Shown: in pieces, positions 25,229 to 39,215 of the stretch | How positions within the stretch are numbered: position 1 is the first letter of the stretch | Layout: the number at the start of each line of letters is the position of its first letter | Origin: Geosiphon pyriformis uo1 | Lineage: Eukaryota; Fungi; Glomeromycota | NCBI GenBank assembly: GCA_016748015.1 | Contig: JAAOMT010000039.1 | Span: forward strand, 144,293-208,292 | DNA: 64,000 nucleotides | Direction: 5' to 3' | Position numbers and translations under genes: made by a program | Notes under the pieces: generated by a model | What the model saw: the letters and a program-made list of their open reading frames with translations, nothing else | Databases searched by the model: none | Told to the model about the DNA's origin: nothing

Positions 25229-27136
25229 CATAGAATGCATTTTTTATTATCATTAATATAAATTAAGATAAAATAATTAATTTTGAAAATATTATTAGAT
25301 CTTTTTATGACATGAAAAAAAATTTTCAAGTTGTTTTAAAAAAGATTATTCATATTATTATCATTATTTTTCGAATGATATACAATTATTTATTTTATTC
25401 AAAATATTAAATCGGAATTAAATAAACTGATAAAATATTTTTAACCCTTTTTTTAAAAAAACGTTTTAAAAATCAAAAATATATATTAAAATTATTGTTT
25501 GCTAAGAAATATTACATTTTATTTATTTATTTATATAATCTTTAAAAAATAATTTTAATTAAAAAATGAAATTGTAAATGTGACAAATAAACATTAAATT
25601 AATTATGATTTAGAGTTGTAATTATGTGACAATAAGACATTTACATTAGTAATAATTTATTGTAATACTTTTATTGCCAATATAAATTATTGTTATCATC
25701 TTTTTATAATTGTTATAAATATTAATAATTTTTTAAAATATAAACTATTTTTATATATAAAATTAATTAATTAATTAATTAAAAGATTATATTGATTAAT
25801 TGAAAAAGGAATTAATTAAAAGAAAAATAATTATTGAATATAACAAAATAAAATTTTTTTGAGAATTAATTTTGAAGAGATAATTAAATTTTAAAAGTAT
25901 ATTAACAATTTAAAGCTTAAATAAAAGTATTATTAACAACTTTTATTGATTTATTTTAAAAAAAAATTGAATCAAATGTCAATTACTAAAATTCTATTTT
26001 TTTTAGAGTATATTTTCATATTTTTAAATTTTCTTTCCATTATTTCAACGACACGTGAATAAATATTTTTTACAAGAATTTAAACCAATATGGTGGTGAT
26101 TATATTAATACTATTTTCATTTATTCAATAAATCAAAAAGATCACATTAGTCATGTTTTGCTTTGTTTTAAAAACGAGTTGATAAAACTTTGAAGTTCCC
26201 AAATTTAAATTACTTTCAACACAATTCACTTTACAGACAAACTCGATTACAAGATATTTAAATTTTTTTAAATTTTTGAGGAAATCAGTTCCATTGTTAC
26301 TTGCAGTAAAAATTATTAATTTTCATTTCATCTGCGACAAGCTGTGTTACAGCATCAAATTAATGAACGTGGAGATGTAGAAAAACAAAGAGAAAAATAT
26401 GTGCTTACTAATAAAGTAAATACCATACCAGAACTTTACATTCAGTTTTATTCTAGTTTCTTTTTTTGCTTATTGGTCTATACTTAGTTTCACAAATCTT
26501 GTCCATAATTGATTTAATGGGAAAAATATGTAAAGATCAAACAAAAGGGATTGAAATAAAAAATTTATTTCCATTGTTGTGATTAAAAAAAAATTTATAT
26601 TGGAACTTCAAGAGAAACTATTTAATTAAAAAAAGAATATTTATATTTATCTGAACTTGTGATGAAAACTTAATAAAAATTCATTAACCAAAATCTTTTA
26701 CATTTATAATATGAAAGGTATAAAATATAAAACGGAAATTTTATAAAGATTATAAAATTAAAATTGTTAACTATTTTTGCATCAAATAAAATTATCAAGG
26801 AAAGCAAAACCTGCAAAAGAAATTTAAAGGCAATAAATATTAACAAGAAATTTGACACTTTTTTGCTGATAAAGTGGTATTTTTGAAAATTAATTTTATT
26901 CTATCATCCCTCAGCATCAATTAATCTAATCATACTGCTATAAACATTTTACTTTTGTTAAAATTCAATTCAGATAAATTCCTGCCAAAATTTTTCTTAA
27001 AAGTTCAGATTCAACTTTAAAATTTAACCTATCAAATATTATCTTTAGTTCCTGACTAAGGAGCTATATGAACTATCTTTTTTGCCAAATTGAACTGAAT
27101 ATTGGCCTCATTTTTAATACCCCATATTTCTATGGT

Positions 27137-28012
27137 TCAAATGAATTTTTTAATACTAGAGGGCGAAGATATCCCCCCAAATTCCATTAATCGCATGTGG
27201 AAATCATTGTACTCTCTGAACTCGGATCTTTCATGAAAATCGTAATGATGCTCTTGCTTTTCTTTACGATCCCGCCCCACAATTTTTGAATCAATAGATC
27301 TACTGCTTGAAGATTTTGATTGAGATTTCACTATTTTTACTTTCTCATCAACTTGATTATTTTTTTCCAAAAAACTTTTCCCATTCTTATTGCCTCTGGG
27401 TGGGCTTTGATTACGCTTTGCCATATTATGATTAGATCTTGAATTTAGGTTTGGATGTTTCTCATCAAGATTCTTGAACAAATTCAATCTTTTCTCGTCA
27501 ATATTTAAAAAACTTTTCTTCCTTTGATTATGAAATTCATTCACGCTACTACTACTCTTCTCAGATTTCTCAATTTGACAAGGTTTTTTCTTATCTTTTT
27601 TATGCTCTATGGAAGCCTTGATACAATCTTCGCATGGGCACTTTAAAAATCCATCATTGTCAATAATGAATCTCTCGTCTTCATCTGATGCCCTGATGTG
27701 AACACCATACCATTGTTCATTTATTAAATCAAATATTTTGTGATTTCCTGGGAGAGTTCGCTTTATTGGTTTCAAACGATACTTTTTTTCCATGATTAAA
27801 GTGATTGAGTCGATAAAATTTCCAAGTCCAAGAACGGCTTCCTCTTTATTACCATCAACTCCATTCAGTAATTTTTTAACACTTTCAATAACAGAAAGAC
27901 GTACACATGGTGGGGTGATTTCGGAGCGAAGAAAATCAAATTCTTTTTTAAAAATTTCATCTTTGACTGGTTTTGAAAATTGGTCGAAATTATTGGATAT
28001 TCTTTGAGCCAT
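27137..28012 (-). CDS. Hypothetical protein, 291 aa (CxCxxC motif, Lys/Ser-rich C-half)
   Basis: Uninterrupted ATG-initiated ORF; TATA-like tatata about 110 bp upstream; no family recognised. Confidence 0.75.
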   Translation of the reverse strand: MAQRISNNFDQFSKPVKDEIFKKEFDFLRSEITPPCVRLSVIESVKKLLNGVDGNKEEAVLGLGNFIDSITLIMEKKYRLKPIKRTLPGNHKIFDLINEQWYGVHIRASDEDERFIIDNDGFLKCPCEDCIKASIEHKKDKKKPCQIEKSEKSSSSVNEFHNQRKKSFLNIDEKRLNLFKNLDEKHPNLNSRSNHNMAKRNQSPPRGNKNGKSFLEKNNQVDEKVKIVKSQSKSSSSRSIDSKIVGRDRKEKQEHHYDFHERSEFREYNDFHMRLMEFGGISSPSSIKKFI

Positions 28013-29745
28013 ATTTTAGAAAAACTTTTTAATTGTATGGGAAATATTATTTGAAGAGAAATAAAAAACAGAGAGTTGTTGTATTTAACAAGGAAAACAA
28101 TGGTGCAAATTTAACCCAAATATATAAGTCCTTTCGAAAATATATCATCCTTCAGGTCGACTGAGTTTACAAGTTATTTTTAATTATCTGTAACATATTT
28201 ACTCTTTTTGTCTAATCAATAGTCTCTCACAATCATACATGTCATATATTAGTCAGAATAGAAAGATTTTGAATGATTTGGAAATTAATAGGGTTGCAAA
28301 AAAATTTCGGTCAATGATCAATAATCTAAGAATCCCATTAATCAGCTTTAAATGATATTGAATTTCAATACTAGAAATAAAAAATTTAGTTTGATTATCT
28401 TATTATTATCAATAAACTATATTCTACGAGTATTCGTCTTGGAATCTTAAATTTTTTTTCACGGGATTTGAACTTTAAAAAAGGTACAAGAAAAACATTT
28501 CTACGTATTTGGAAAATAAGTATCTTTTTGAGAAACGTTTCACTTTGCAATTCTTTTAAGTATAATTAAGTATTTACATAATACATGTAATTTATAGTTG
28601 AAAAAAAAAAAATTCCAATATCGTATGATCTTTGCTTTTTTACTATTACTTCAAAAAAGAAAAAAAAATAATTAATTTTATTACATGGTTTCAGCTTTCA
28701 AAAATTTATGATCCCAGAATTAAATTAGCCATCATTTGTTTATGTTAAAGCCCCACTTTCAAATCGAAATGAGGAAATAATATTATCAGGTTTTTTATTT
28801 AAAAGTTTCATATATTTTAGGTTTTCTTTTCACGTATTTTCACATAAAATTCTCAACCCCCCATCCCCTAATAATATATAAAATTAGGGAAATGCATGAA
28901 ACCTATTAATTCCTTGTCTTTATATGTTATAATGTCCTTGTTATGTAACGAATCCAATTAAAATTATTAATTGACGGTTTGCAGTATACATTTTATCATT
29001 TTTTGTGAACCTCTCACTAATGATCTGTTAATCAATAGGGAGTTGTTATCTCATACACCCGTGACCCTTTTCTCTTACTGAAGACCTGCATATGCTAAAT
29101 CGTGAATATTATTTCCATTTTTGGACTACAGGTAAAAAAAAATTTAGATGATGTCGCGTATACTACTGAATCTTCTTTTAGTTAGGGAAACAAAGGATTT
29201 AATCCATGATAAAACAAAGATCTCAATTATCACAAATTACATAGAAAGAATTCCCGAGCTTTTATTATACAATCACTCACCCAGGCTAATAAAGAAATAA
29301 AGAAAGAAAGAAAGAAAGAATTAATAAAATTGATGTTACCCCACTGTACCTCAATCAATGACTATGAGTAACTTAATTCTCACAGAAGGATAACTCAAAG
29401 ATAAAAACTCATAGAAATATTAATTTCTCAAAACTGCTTTTTACTTATTCTTGATCAGGTATCAAAAGCGAAGAGATTTCCCACACACAGTTTTTCATTA
29501 CCATTCGAACAACCTCCTGGGGATTCTCTTCTTTACATTTATTGTCGCCTTGTTTCTTTGCCAATTCATTTTTACACCTCTTTTATTTCCTCATGCATAC
29601 TTTCACCCGCTATTTTTAAAACATAAATATATTCGTTTTTTTTTTCTTTTTGAAAAGAATTCCTGGATATCTTATCAGCCAGGGAAGAGAAAAATAAACG
29701 AATACATACAGACCATAAAACCACCTGAATAAATTCAATACAGCA

Positions 29746-31106
29746 ATGGAAATGAGCAATGCCACAGAAACAGTAATTTCGACGATCCTAAAACATTGTG
29801 ACTGGCGCATAGAGATCTATAATTGTCAAAATTCTGGTTTCTGGACAACAGAGGTCGTCTTTTCGCTCGTCACATTTGGAATGTTGACATTGAGCGGTCT
29901 ATTCATTTTTGCATACCGATTTCGATACATGTGGCAAGGTTTATTTGTAGAGCATGGTGGTGTAGGGATAAGACCATTACCAGTTGATTGTCTATTGTTA
30001 TTTTTCACCATTGCTGCTTTGCTACGGACGGGACATTGCGTTTTTTTGTTGTTGGATTTGTATACAATGTTCTGGCAACGAGAACTCGGGCAAGAATTGG
30101 CAGCGACCTTCTTGAGTTTTGGGAGTGTTACCTATCTTGTGGGTAAGCATTATCTATCAATTTTTAATCATCTTTTAAAGACTAGAAAAATAATTATAAA
30201 ACTTAATATTAATTTAAATTTCAAAATTCTTCAGGAATTATATATACAATTCCGGTTAGCTATACATACGGGACATCTGGCATAGTCTCACTGGGAAGCT
30301 CAGCTGAAAAAAGTTCTTTAAATCTTAAATCCCACAAATTATTCATCCCAACCCCAGTACAACTTAATGTTTGTCTGGCATTCTGGTGTTTTTGGCCTTC
30401 CCTCATTGCTCTTCCATGTGCTATTCTATCTGGAATTTCAAGAGATCAAGGAAACCTTATAGCAGCAGAAAAATTTATTACTGCAAAATATGCATTGGAC
30501 TTTGTTTTTAGCATGAGTTTTTCTATAATCACGGCTTATTACGGGGTTAATTTTATTATTATTCTTCAAAGTACCATGAGAAAATTTGAAAGAAACTCGG
30601 TGGCCTTTGGTAGATTACAATCTAAGCTAACGCCCAATCCCACAAGGAAAGCTTTCTATCGGCTCAAATACACAATGACTTATCTATTTTTCATGTTTGC
30701 TTTCACCGGGCCTTGCTGGCTTCTATGGGGTATCTCTCATCAACAAATTGTGTCTACAGTGAATGGTCTCAACATCTTCCTTTCCATTATGTGGTATATC
30801 ACGGGGCCACAAGGAATGATTGCCGTGTGCCAATACTTGCTTGCTAAACGCATTTACCAGATAACCTTCTCGGATGGCCATCCATCATCTATAAGTTCTG
30901 TGCAAACTCAACTAACATATGCTGATTTGACCAATCCACATACCCCAACCACACCATCAATGATAAAGCCGGCAGTGATAAAGGTTGATAATAGAGTTGA
31001 TATTGAAATAAGGACTGTTGATAACTATAGTTCTGAGACGAATAATCATTGGGGAATGACTATGCCTGACTTTTCTGATACGGTGCCATACCATTCATCT
31101 GTCTAG
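29746..31106 (+). CDS. Multi-pass (about 7 TM) membrane protein, GPCR-like topology (exons 29746-30142, 30235-31106; about 422 aa)
   Basis: GT-AG intron joins two ORFs in frame; about seven hydrophobic segments; N-terminal NAT sequon; Ser/Thr-rich tail. Confidence 0.85.
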
Positions 31107-33439
31107 ATTCGAAAAGGCATCAATTTGTGAAAATTAAGGAGACTTGAATCCCTTGGACAAAAAAACTTTATAACTTTTTGTAATTATATATTCCACAGAA
31201 TTTCAACACATACAAATAGATTTAACTTTGTACAGCTCATAGATCATTTTTACTTCATCCCAATTCATTTGTTATATATGCTTCAAACCATTGACTTTCC
31301 CAAACTATCATATCATTTGCATTTTTTCATCATCATTCCCTTAATTTCTGTTAATCCCAAATCCACACAATAATAATTTTAAAAAATGGTGTATACTTTT
31401 CATTTTTTCCTTCGTTTCACTTGAACTTTTCATTCTTGTATATACAGTCAATCTCTGGACCTATTTTATGAACCAAACATTTAGCAAAATAGTAAATTTT
31501 CACTTTTCAGAATGAGGCAAAAAGTGAAATAGTCGTGTTAAAGGACGAAACTTAAATTTTTAATAATCTTAATGTTTGAATTGGTTTTGACTCGATAAAA
31601 CCAAAGTCAATTCATTTTTTTATGAAATCCTTTTAATTGTGACAGTTACTTTAATTTAATTATTTCTAATGTGACAATGAGTTTAATTCAAAAAAAATAA
31701 AAACTACAAAAAAATCAAGTTCAAATGATTCTATCTTGTAATGAATTTAATATTGCAGCAAGAACCACGTTGACGTTGTGTAACAACAAAGAATAAATAA
31801 TAATGTTATTTTGAGGTTTTTAAAATTTCATTGGGTGGGCGCGTTTATTATAACCAGTTAGTTCGGTTAAAGACATCAAAACTGACGCGATCAAATATTT
31901 TTAATTACAAATTTATTCTTTATCAATGGCACTTTTTTCTTTAATTTCAAATTATAAATTCTCCATTTCAGGATTATTTTTTTTCTAAAGTATAAAAATA
32001 ATTTTTAAAGGAGTTCCAAAACAAATTCTTGGAGTATAGAGTTCTGCTCTTTTATATTATCCTAAAAAATATAAAAGAAAGAAATTTACTAATTAATTTA
32101 TTAATTAATGCAAAAGAGAGAAAATTTTTTTATTATATCTGTTTAATCTGTAGGAATTATATATATATATATATCTATATATATATTGTAATTATTTATC
32201 AAATATTAAAAACATTTGATAAAAAATGATTTTTCTTTTTTTTAGAATTTATAACAATATATATAAAAAGATATCAACAGGATGTTTATTGATAAAAATA
32301 TGATTATTGCTTTAAAAAATGGTTTATTAAAATAAAAATTTTTAATAAATATTAATTAAATTATATAATTAATTATTTTTTTACTCATTTTCAAATGAAC
32401 TTAAAAATTTAATTTTAATCAATTTAAAAAATTATTTTTATTTTATTTTATTGGTTTCATAATAATTGGAATTAAGTTCTTATTTTATAATAATTTTTAT
32501 ATATTAATTATATATTACTTAATTTTTTCTAATTATTAGTTTTTTAGTGTTAAGAAAATATTATTTTAAATAATAATCAAATTAAAAACTATTTATTGAC
32601 TATTATTTTTATGTATTTTCATAAATAACTAGAAATAATAATAAAATATTAAGTTTTATAATTCCTTAATTTTTTTTTCAATTGAATAAAATTTTAATAT
32701 TTTTATTTATTAACATTTTAAAATATTTTAATAAATAATAAGTTAAAAATAAAATGAATAATGTAATACTATTGTTTTTAAATCAACTAAAATTTAAAGG
32801 TTTTAATTTTTTATTATATATAAAATAATATTTTAGCAATATCAATTTTATAAATATTAAATTAATTAATTTAAAAGATTAAAAATTTATGTTTTAATAA
32901 GCATTAATATTTTTAATAATTAAAAAAGTTTTATTAAAAAAATTGAATTAAATAAAATTAAAGCTTTTTATTTATAAAAACAATAATTTATTAATCTTAA
33001 ATTTTTAAGTTAAAATATAATATATTCAAACAAAAAATTAATTCGAAAATTAAAAATTAAAAATAATATTTGTAATTTCAATAAAAAAAACAAATTAAAA
33101 ACAAAATTTATTTTTTATACAAGTTATTTATTTTAATAAATTGATAATTTTTGTATTAAATAAAATATTTAATTTTATTTATTATTAATAATAGTTAATT
33201 AATTAAATTATATTTTTTAAAACAATATTTTTATTACTTTTAATTTGATAATAGGTATTAAAATACCAAAAAATATTTAATTTCAAATTTTAATAACATA
33301 TTTTTTAAAATATAAATTTTTAATTATTATAGTAAATATTTTATTCAAAACAAATATTCTTAATTATAAAATAAGCAATTTTATATCAAATTATCAATAG
33401 AGTTTTAAATTTAAAAAATAAGAAATAAGTTTTTATTTA

Positions 33440-33506
33440 AAAAACAATTTTTTGTTTCTTAATACATTAAAAACAATTTTTTGTTTCTTAATACATTAAA
33501 AACAAT
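33440..33506. repeat. 29-bp tandem duplication
   Basis: aaaacaattttttgtttcttaatacatta twice. Confidence 0.8.
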
Positions 33507-34952
33507 ATATATACAACTATTTATAATTAATTTAATAATAAAAATAATTTATTAAATATTAAAGTATTTAATTCAATATTTAATAATAATAATAATAATT
33601 TAATTGTTATGTTAAATATGTAAATATTAAAAAATTTAAAATAAATTTAAAATAATTAAATCTAAATATAACACATATATTTTTTATTAATTATAATAAG
33701 TATGTATTATAATTTTTAATATTTATTTATAATTTGTTATTGAAAAAATTGGCAAAAATTACAACAATAAAATTAAATATTATAAATATTTTTATTATAT
33801 TTAATTAAATTTTAAACTAATTAGAAATTTAATATATAAACTTTTCATTTTATTCTATTTTTATTATTATTTATAACTCAAAAATTTTTTTGGTGTTCAA
33901 TAGCATTAATCTTAAATAAATTTAATTTTGTTATAAATTTCAATTAAATTATATTAATTATATATATTAATTAATAAATTATAAATAAATTTTAAGTGTT
34001 TTGAAAATGATTTATTACTTTTTTTTATAATTGCTTACAACTTAATCGTCATACATTAGAAGTGGATCGCACGGCACGTGACCAGTTACTCACACATTAA
34101 TGTTTATATCTAGTTTAAAAATAAAATTTATTTATATTAATAGAATTTTTAAAAAAATTAATTCAAAAAAATTAATTTTCTATTATATAATATTTGTATT
34201 TTTGATTAATTATTAATTTAATAATAATAAATTTGAAATAAAAAATAATATTAATCAATTATTATTAAGTGTAAATATTATATTTTAACATAATTGCAAA
34301 TGTATTTAGACTTTTTATGCTTAAAATATATATAGTTTTTTTGAAATCCGTTCTCATTAGTTTTTGTTTTTCACAATTTGTTACTTTTTTCTTTGAAATC
34401 ATTGAAATTGAGCGTAAATTAAAAATAGTGGGACAAGCCTAATTTTAATCTAAAAGTTTAATTTCTGATTATATTCAAATATAAATTTTGTCACGTGTTA
34501 ATTTAATGTCTATTTATATAATACACAATGTTATTGGCCGATTCGGCGATTTATATATCAACCATTAATTATCAAGAATTCTTGGGAACGAGATTTTCAA
34601 AATTTACCTTGTAAATAAAATAAATGGCACAATGGTCGACTTCTCTACTTATATTATTCTTTCCTTTCGATGACCCCATTTGTTGGTTGGACAAAAAGCT
34701 TTTTTTTAGTTACATCATGCAGAATTCAGGCAATAAATAGAAATATGTGTGACGTTTCTCCATTATGCACCACACAAGTCTTTTTCGTTTCCCTTTCATG
34801 AGGAACAAAATATCGAATTTCCCCAAACTCTCTTTTTACTCCTCGACGTTGTTTACGCTACAACTTTAATCACTTTTTTTCACATTTCAAAAAAACTCAA
34901 CCCACTGATTCAAATTTCACTCGCTCCATGTTTTAATTCATTTAACCATTAA

Positions 34953-37900
34953 ATGCCTTCCGAAAAAAAGAAACATTTTATATCTCCACCTCCTGGTTTA
35001 GATTTCGTTACTCCACCTCATGATTCTTTGGTCGACGACCTAAGGTACGCGCTAGAACATGCGCGCGAATTATTCCCTGACATCGCATGGGAATTTACAC
35101 TTGCACTTACGCCCACAATTGTTTATGCCCATAAATGTATGTCAATCGTTGCAATAGTTCTATTATCTACTTTTTATCAAAGTTAGAAATCTATACAAAA
35201 TCAAACAACATTGATGAGTCTGATAATTAACGTCCTTTGACGCACCTGTGTTTTGAATTTAAACAATTATTCATGAATGTCATTTTACATGTCTCTATTG
35301 AAAGCTACAAAATCATTGACAATATATTTATTTATTTTCTAGCCATATTATACGCACGAAGTTCACGTACCTTTCAGGAAAATTTTTTAAAAATCAAAGA
35401 TGCAAATGGAATGTCAGTGCGGTCCATGAGAATGTCAAATCCGGAGCCAATAATTGTAAAAACAGAAGCAAATCCATTTTCACTTCGGCAGGAATTAAAA
35501 TTTTTTTACACGGGTGAAGAAGGTAGTGAAGAGTTTTTGGCTGCAGTTGATACTACGGCTGAACTTGAACAAGACAAATTGAAAGAGGATTTACTTTACA
35601 TGCTTAAATCAAAACTTTATACGGACGTTGAGTTGTTACTGTCCATTTCTGAGGATTCTCTGGATATTTTCCCGGAAGAGGACTTTACACCCACTTCACA
35701 TCGTGCCCATCGATTTATGCTTGCTTCGAGGTCAGAATACTTCAAAGCTATGCTGAACTCCCAATTCATTGAGGCTCGCCTATCCACAATTCACTTAGAT
35801 GCTAGCATTTTTACCCCAACATCTCTCAACTTGATTCTTACATTCGTTTACACTGGAAATCTATCATCCTCATCAAAACCTCTAACCTTGGAAACATGTG
35901 AAATGGTGTGGATAGGAGCAGATTTTCTTGGCATAAAATCATTATGTGACGAATGTGTACATCGTATCGCAACAAAGGTTCACTCATTTTCATGTACGTG
36001 CGCCGAATGTCAGGCAGTTATTCCGCGAGTAGCTGGTTTTGCTAAAGAGCATCATGTTGATATGCTTTGGCAAGGATCGCTGCACGTGTTGTCACAAGGC
36101 TTCGATAGTATGTGGCCTCAAAAAGCCTTTGCAGAATTAGAGGAAAATATTAGGGAGGAGGTTCTTTTGAATTTATTAGCCAAAATTCAAAATAGTAATA
36201 TTGTTGAAACTTTCAGAGGATGCCGAAAAATACTTGCTATTATTGAGGTTAAAGGTATCGGATTACCTTGGATAGAGATAATACGTGGGATGGCTAACCA
36301 TGTCCGTTCATATACAGCTGGTATATTGGTCGATGATTTTCAGCAGCTCTGTGAAGAGGATAAAGAATTTTTAAATTGCGTGGATGGAGTTGGCTTCAGC
36401 TCAGATTTATTAGAAGACATTATGAAGATTGTAGTCGAAGAAGGTCTAACGGAGCAAAACGCTGGAACTGTACTTAATTGTATCACTGGTAATTTATTGT
36501 TGAGGGAAGCTGTTCTGGATGCAGAGAGTGTGGAAACGAAGCGAATCCTACTTCAAGCGAAACAAAATGTCTCCGATTATATCAAAAAAAGGTGGATTGG
36601 GGTAAAACAGCATGGTGGGTTCAGCGAGTTAAAAGATTGGCTTTTAGATGAGTTTGCACAAGGTAAAAGCCATTCACGAATATTTGGTTTTCTGTTTTTA
36701 ATATTTTAGCCATTGATATTATCACCTTCGCAATGTCGTTTTTTAATGATAAATATTTTATATTTCTAGATCTTGGTATTACAAAAGCGGAATTGACGGA
36801 AACTGTTAGTGAACCAAAACCAAAATCTCGAACACCTGTGACAACAAATGGTATTCGTACCAACGGAAAAACAACCTCCCCCTCTACTTCACCTAAAGGT
36901 AGAACTACTCCATCAACAAAATCATCCTTATCGCTGGGGTCTTCCTCAACAGTTACAAAGACCATTTCAACATTTACCACAATCTCAACAACCAATTCAA
37001 CAGGTTCTTCCAGCCCAAAAACAATTCGAAGATCCGCCACAACATCGGTGGCATCCTCGACTGGTAGTTCAAAAGCTTCTGATCTTTCTGCTGCCAAAAA
37101 AAGCAAAAGTGTACGCATTGTGACAACTCCAGCAACATTTGGACGACCAACAAGAGCGAGTGTTTTGCGTCAGAAAGCCTTAGCAGAAGCTGCTGCTAAA
37201 AATCCAGTTAAGCAGAGAACAAAGACCATGCCTGAACGAATTTCCAATTCTAGCACAAATAGTGTCAGCTCTCTACCGCCGGTCGCTGGATTAAGTAAAT
37301 CTAAATCAGCTAGCGCATTAAACTCTCGCGTGACGCGGCCAGATTCAAAATCCTCACTAAATGTGCCAGGAGTATCGACACCTCCAGCTCGAGGTCGTAT
37401 TTCAACAAAACAAACAGCATCGGCAGCTTCTTCACGGGCAAGTTCTATTTCATCGATTCGTTCATCAAAGTCACCTTCTATTTCACCTAGCCGTTTTGGG
37501 GGTGTACGTCAAACTCGAGCTAGTATCCTTCGTCAACTTAAGTTTGACGAAACAGAACAACGTCGTGGCCGGGATCGACAACGTAAAGCTTCATCTCCAA
37601 CATCTTCAAGGGCAAGCTCGATAGCTTCCGTGTCATCTGTTGCAAGTTCAACAAACTCTTCAAACGTTGTGCATCCAAAAAGATCAGGATCACAATATTC
37701 CACATCTACCAGCATGACAACCGCATCTACTGGGTCAATCAGTAGTTTACCAGCTAAACCTCATCAAACGAAATTATCTACCACAAAAGATCCTGACATT
37801 TCTGTGGGTAGGAGAGTAATTCTACCGACAAAAAACAATTCTCCTGGTACTATCCAGTTTTTGGGCGAAACAGAGTTTGCCAGGGGTCATTGGGTGGGAA

Positions 37901-38098
37901 TAGCACTAGATAATCCAGGTAAGTTATTGGTTATATTATGAATTGTTTTAAATTTTTAATGAATGGATACTTACATATTTTTAATTTGCAACACATTTAG
38001 TTGGGAAGAACAACGGGACTGTTGCCAACATACAGTACTTTGAAACTTCTCCAAATCAAGGCATCTTTGTGCGACCTGACTCAATATTAATAATATAA
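34953..38098 (+). CDS. BTB-domain protein with Ser/Thr-rich linker and C-terminal CAP-Gly domain (exons 34953-35136, 35343-36662, 36770-37918, 38001-38098)
   Basis: BTB YTDVELL..HRAHRFMLASRSEYFKAML; CAP-Gly VGRRV..GTIQFLGETEFARGHWVGIALDNP/VGKNNGTVANIQYFE..GIFVRP; all introns GT-AG and in frame. Confidence 0.9.
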
Positions 38099-39139
38099 AC
38101 TGCCAGGGGATGTTCCTTCACAAAAAATCGCGCATTTAGATGATGGGGTCAATAGGCATGCACCTGAACAACTAAGATTTCATATACGACCAAAGCAGAT
38201 CATGCGGCAAAGAATAGAATTTCTATATCCGTAGATTTCCCTTGTCAAAATAGATCCAAAATCAAGGACGAATAGATTCCACTTAGATTAAAGTTTGGAA
38301 GTCTCATAAAGCAGTAAAAGAATTTTCAAATTTTTTATAAAAACACTGGGCATGAAGCAACAAAGGAATTTAGGTATTTTGGGAAATAATTTCAATGAGG
38401 ATCAACCATTCTTTCCGATTCCAAATAAATTATCTTTAGCCTAGAATCAATCCTTTCTGACCACTCTTTTACCCTTCACATAATTTGTGGACAATTCATT
38501 TGCCATTTTTTGTGATAGTTTTCTGTGTTTATCCCTGGTCTCCCATTCCCTAAAAATGATTTTAAAAGTCATATTCCTCTTTGACTACATCCATGTTTTC
38601 AAAGACATCTTGCTTCACATTCCCTTAATTATTCATATCTAGCCTTTGCGTGACCATCTAGTGTCAATTGGCGGGCATGTTTAAACTTTCTTTAACAACC
38701 CTTACTTCATAATTTTAGTGATATCAAATCATGACGATAACCCTTGTAATTTCCTATCACTTGGTTAATCTAATTCAATGCCCAATTTTGGTTATTTATC
38801 CCATAATATTATTAATAATTGTAATACCTACCTTTAGTTGGGTCTATCTAGTTTTTCATCAACCATTGTATTATATCAAAGATTTCAAAAAGCTAGGAAA
38901 GAGGAAGCGTGATCGCGGTTTTCCAAAAAAATCCTTGTTGAAAGTAGTCTTGCATGAATTATTGTCTGTTGATCAGTTATAAGAAACTATATTCAAAACA
39001 TTAGCAAGCGAGCCAACTCAAAATATAGTCACCGTTAGAATCAAAAATTTTCAAATAAATGACTAATATTTAAACTAATTCATTTATCCCCTTGCGTCGT
39101 ATTGAATTAATCTTTGACCATTTCAAAATGATATTTCCT

Positions 39140-39215
39140 TGACAGAAATTATGCAACAAATCAATAATAGGGTAATACTAAGTATTGCTATATAACTCCT
39201 ATTATTTCCTGGCTT
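39140..39215 (-). ncRNA. Candidate omegaRNA scaffold / right end of Fanzor2 copy 1
   Basis: Immediately 3' of the ORF; first part (gttatatagcaat) is conserved in copy 2; 12-bp stem GUUAUAUAGCAA/UUGUUGCAUAAU with 11 pairs including G-U. Confidence 0.4.

Noticed and set aside
36621-37715. Alternative-frame and antisense ORFs in the Ser/Thr-rich exon
   Set aside because: Shadow ORFs of low-complexity coding sequence
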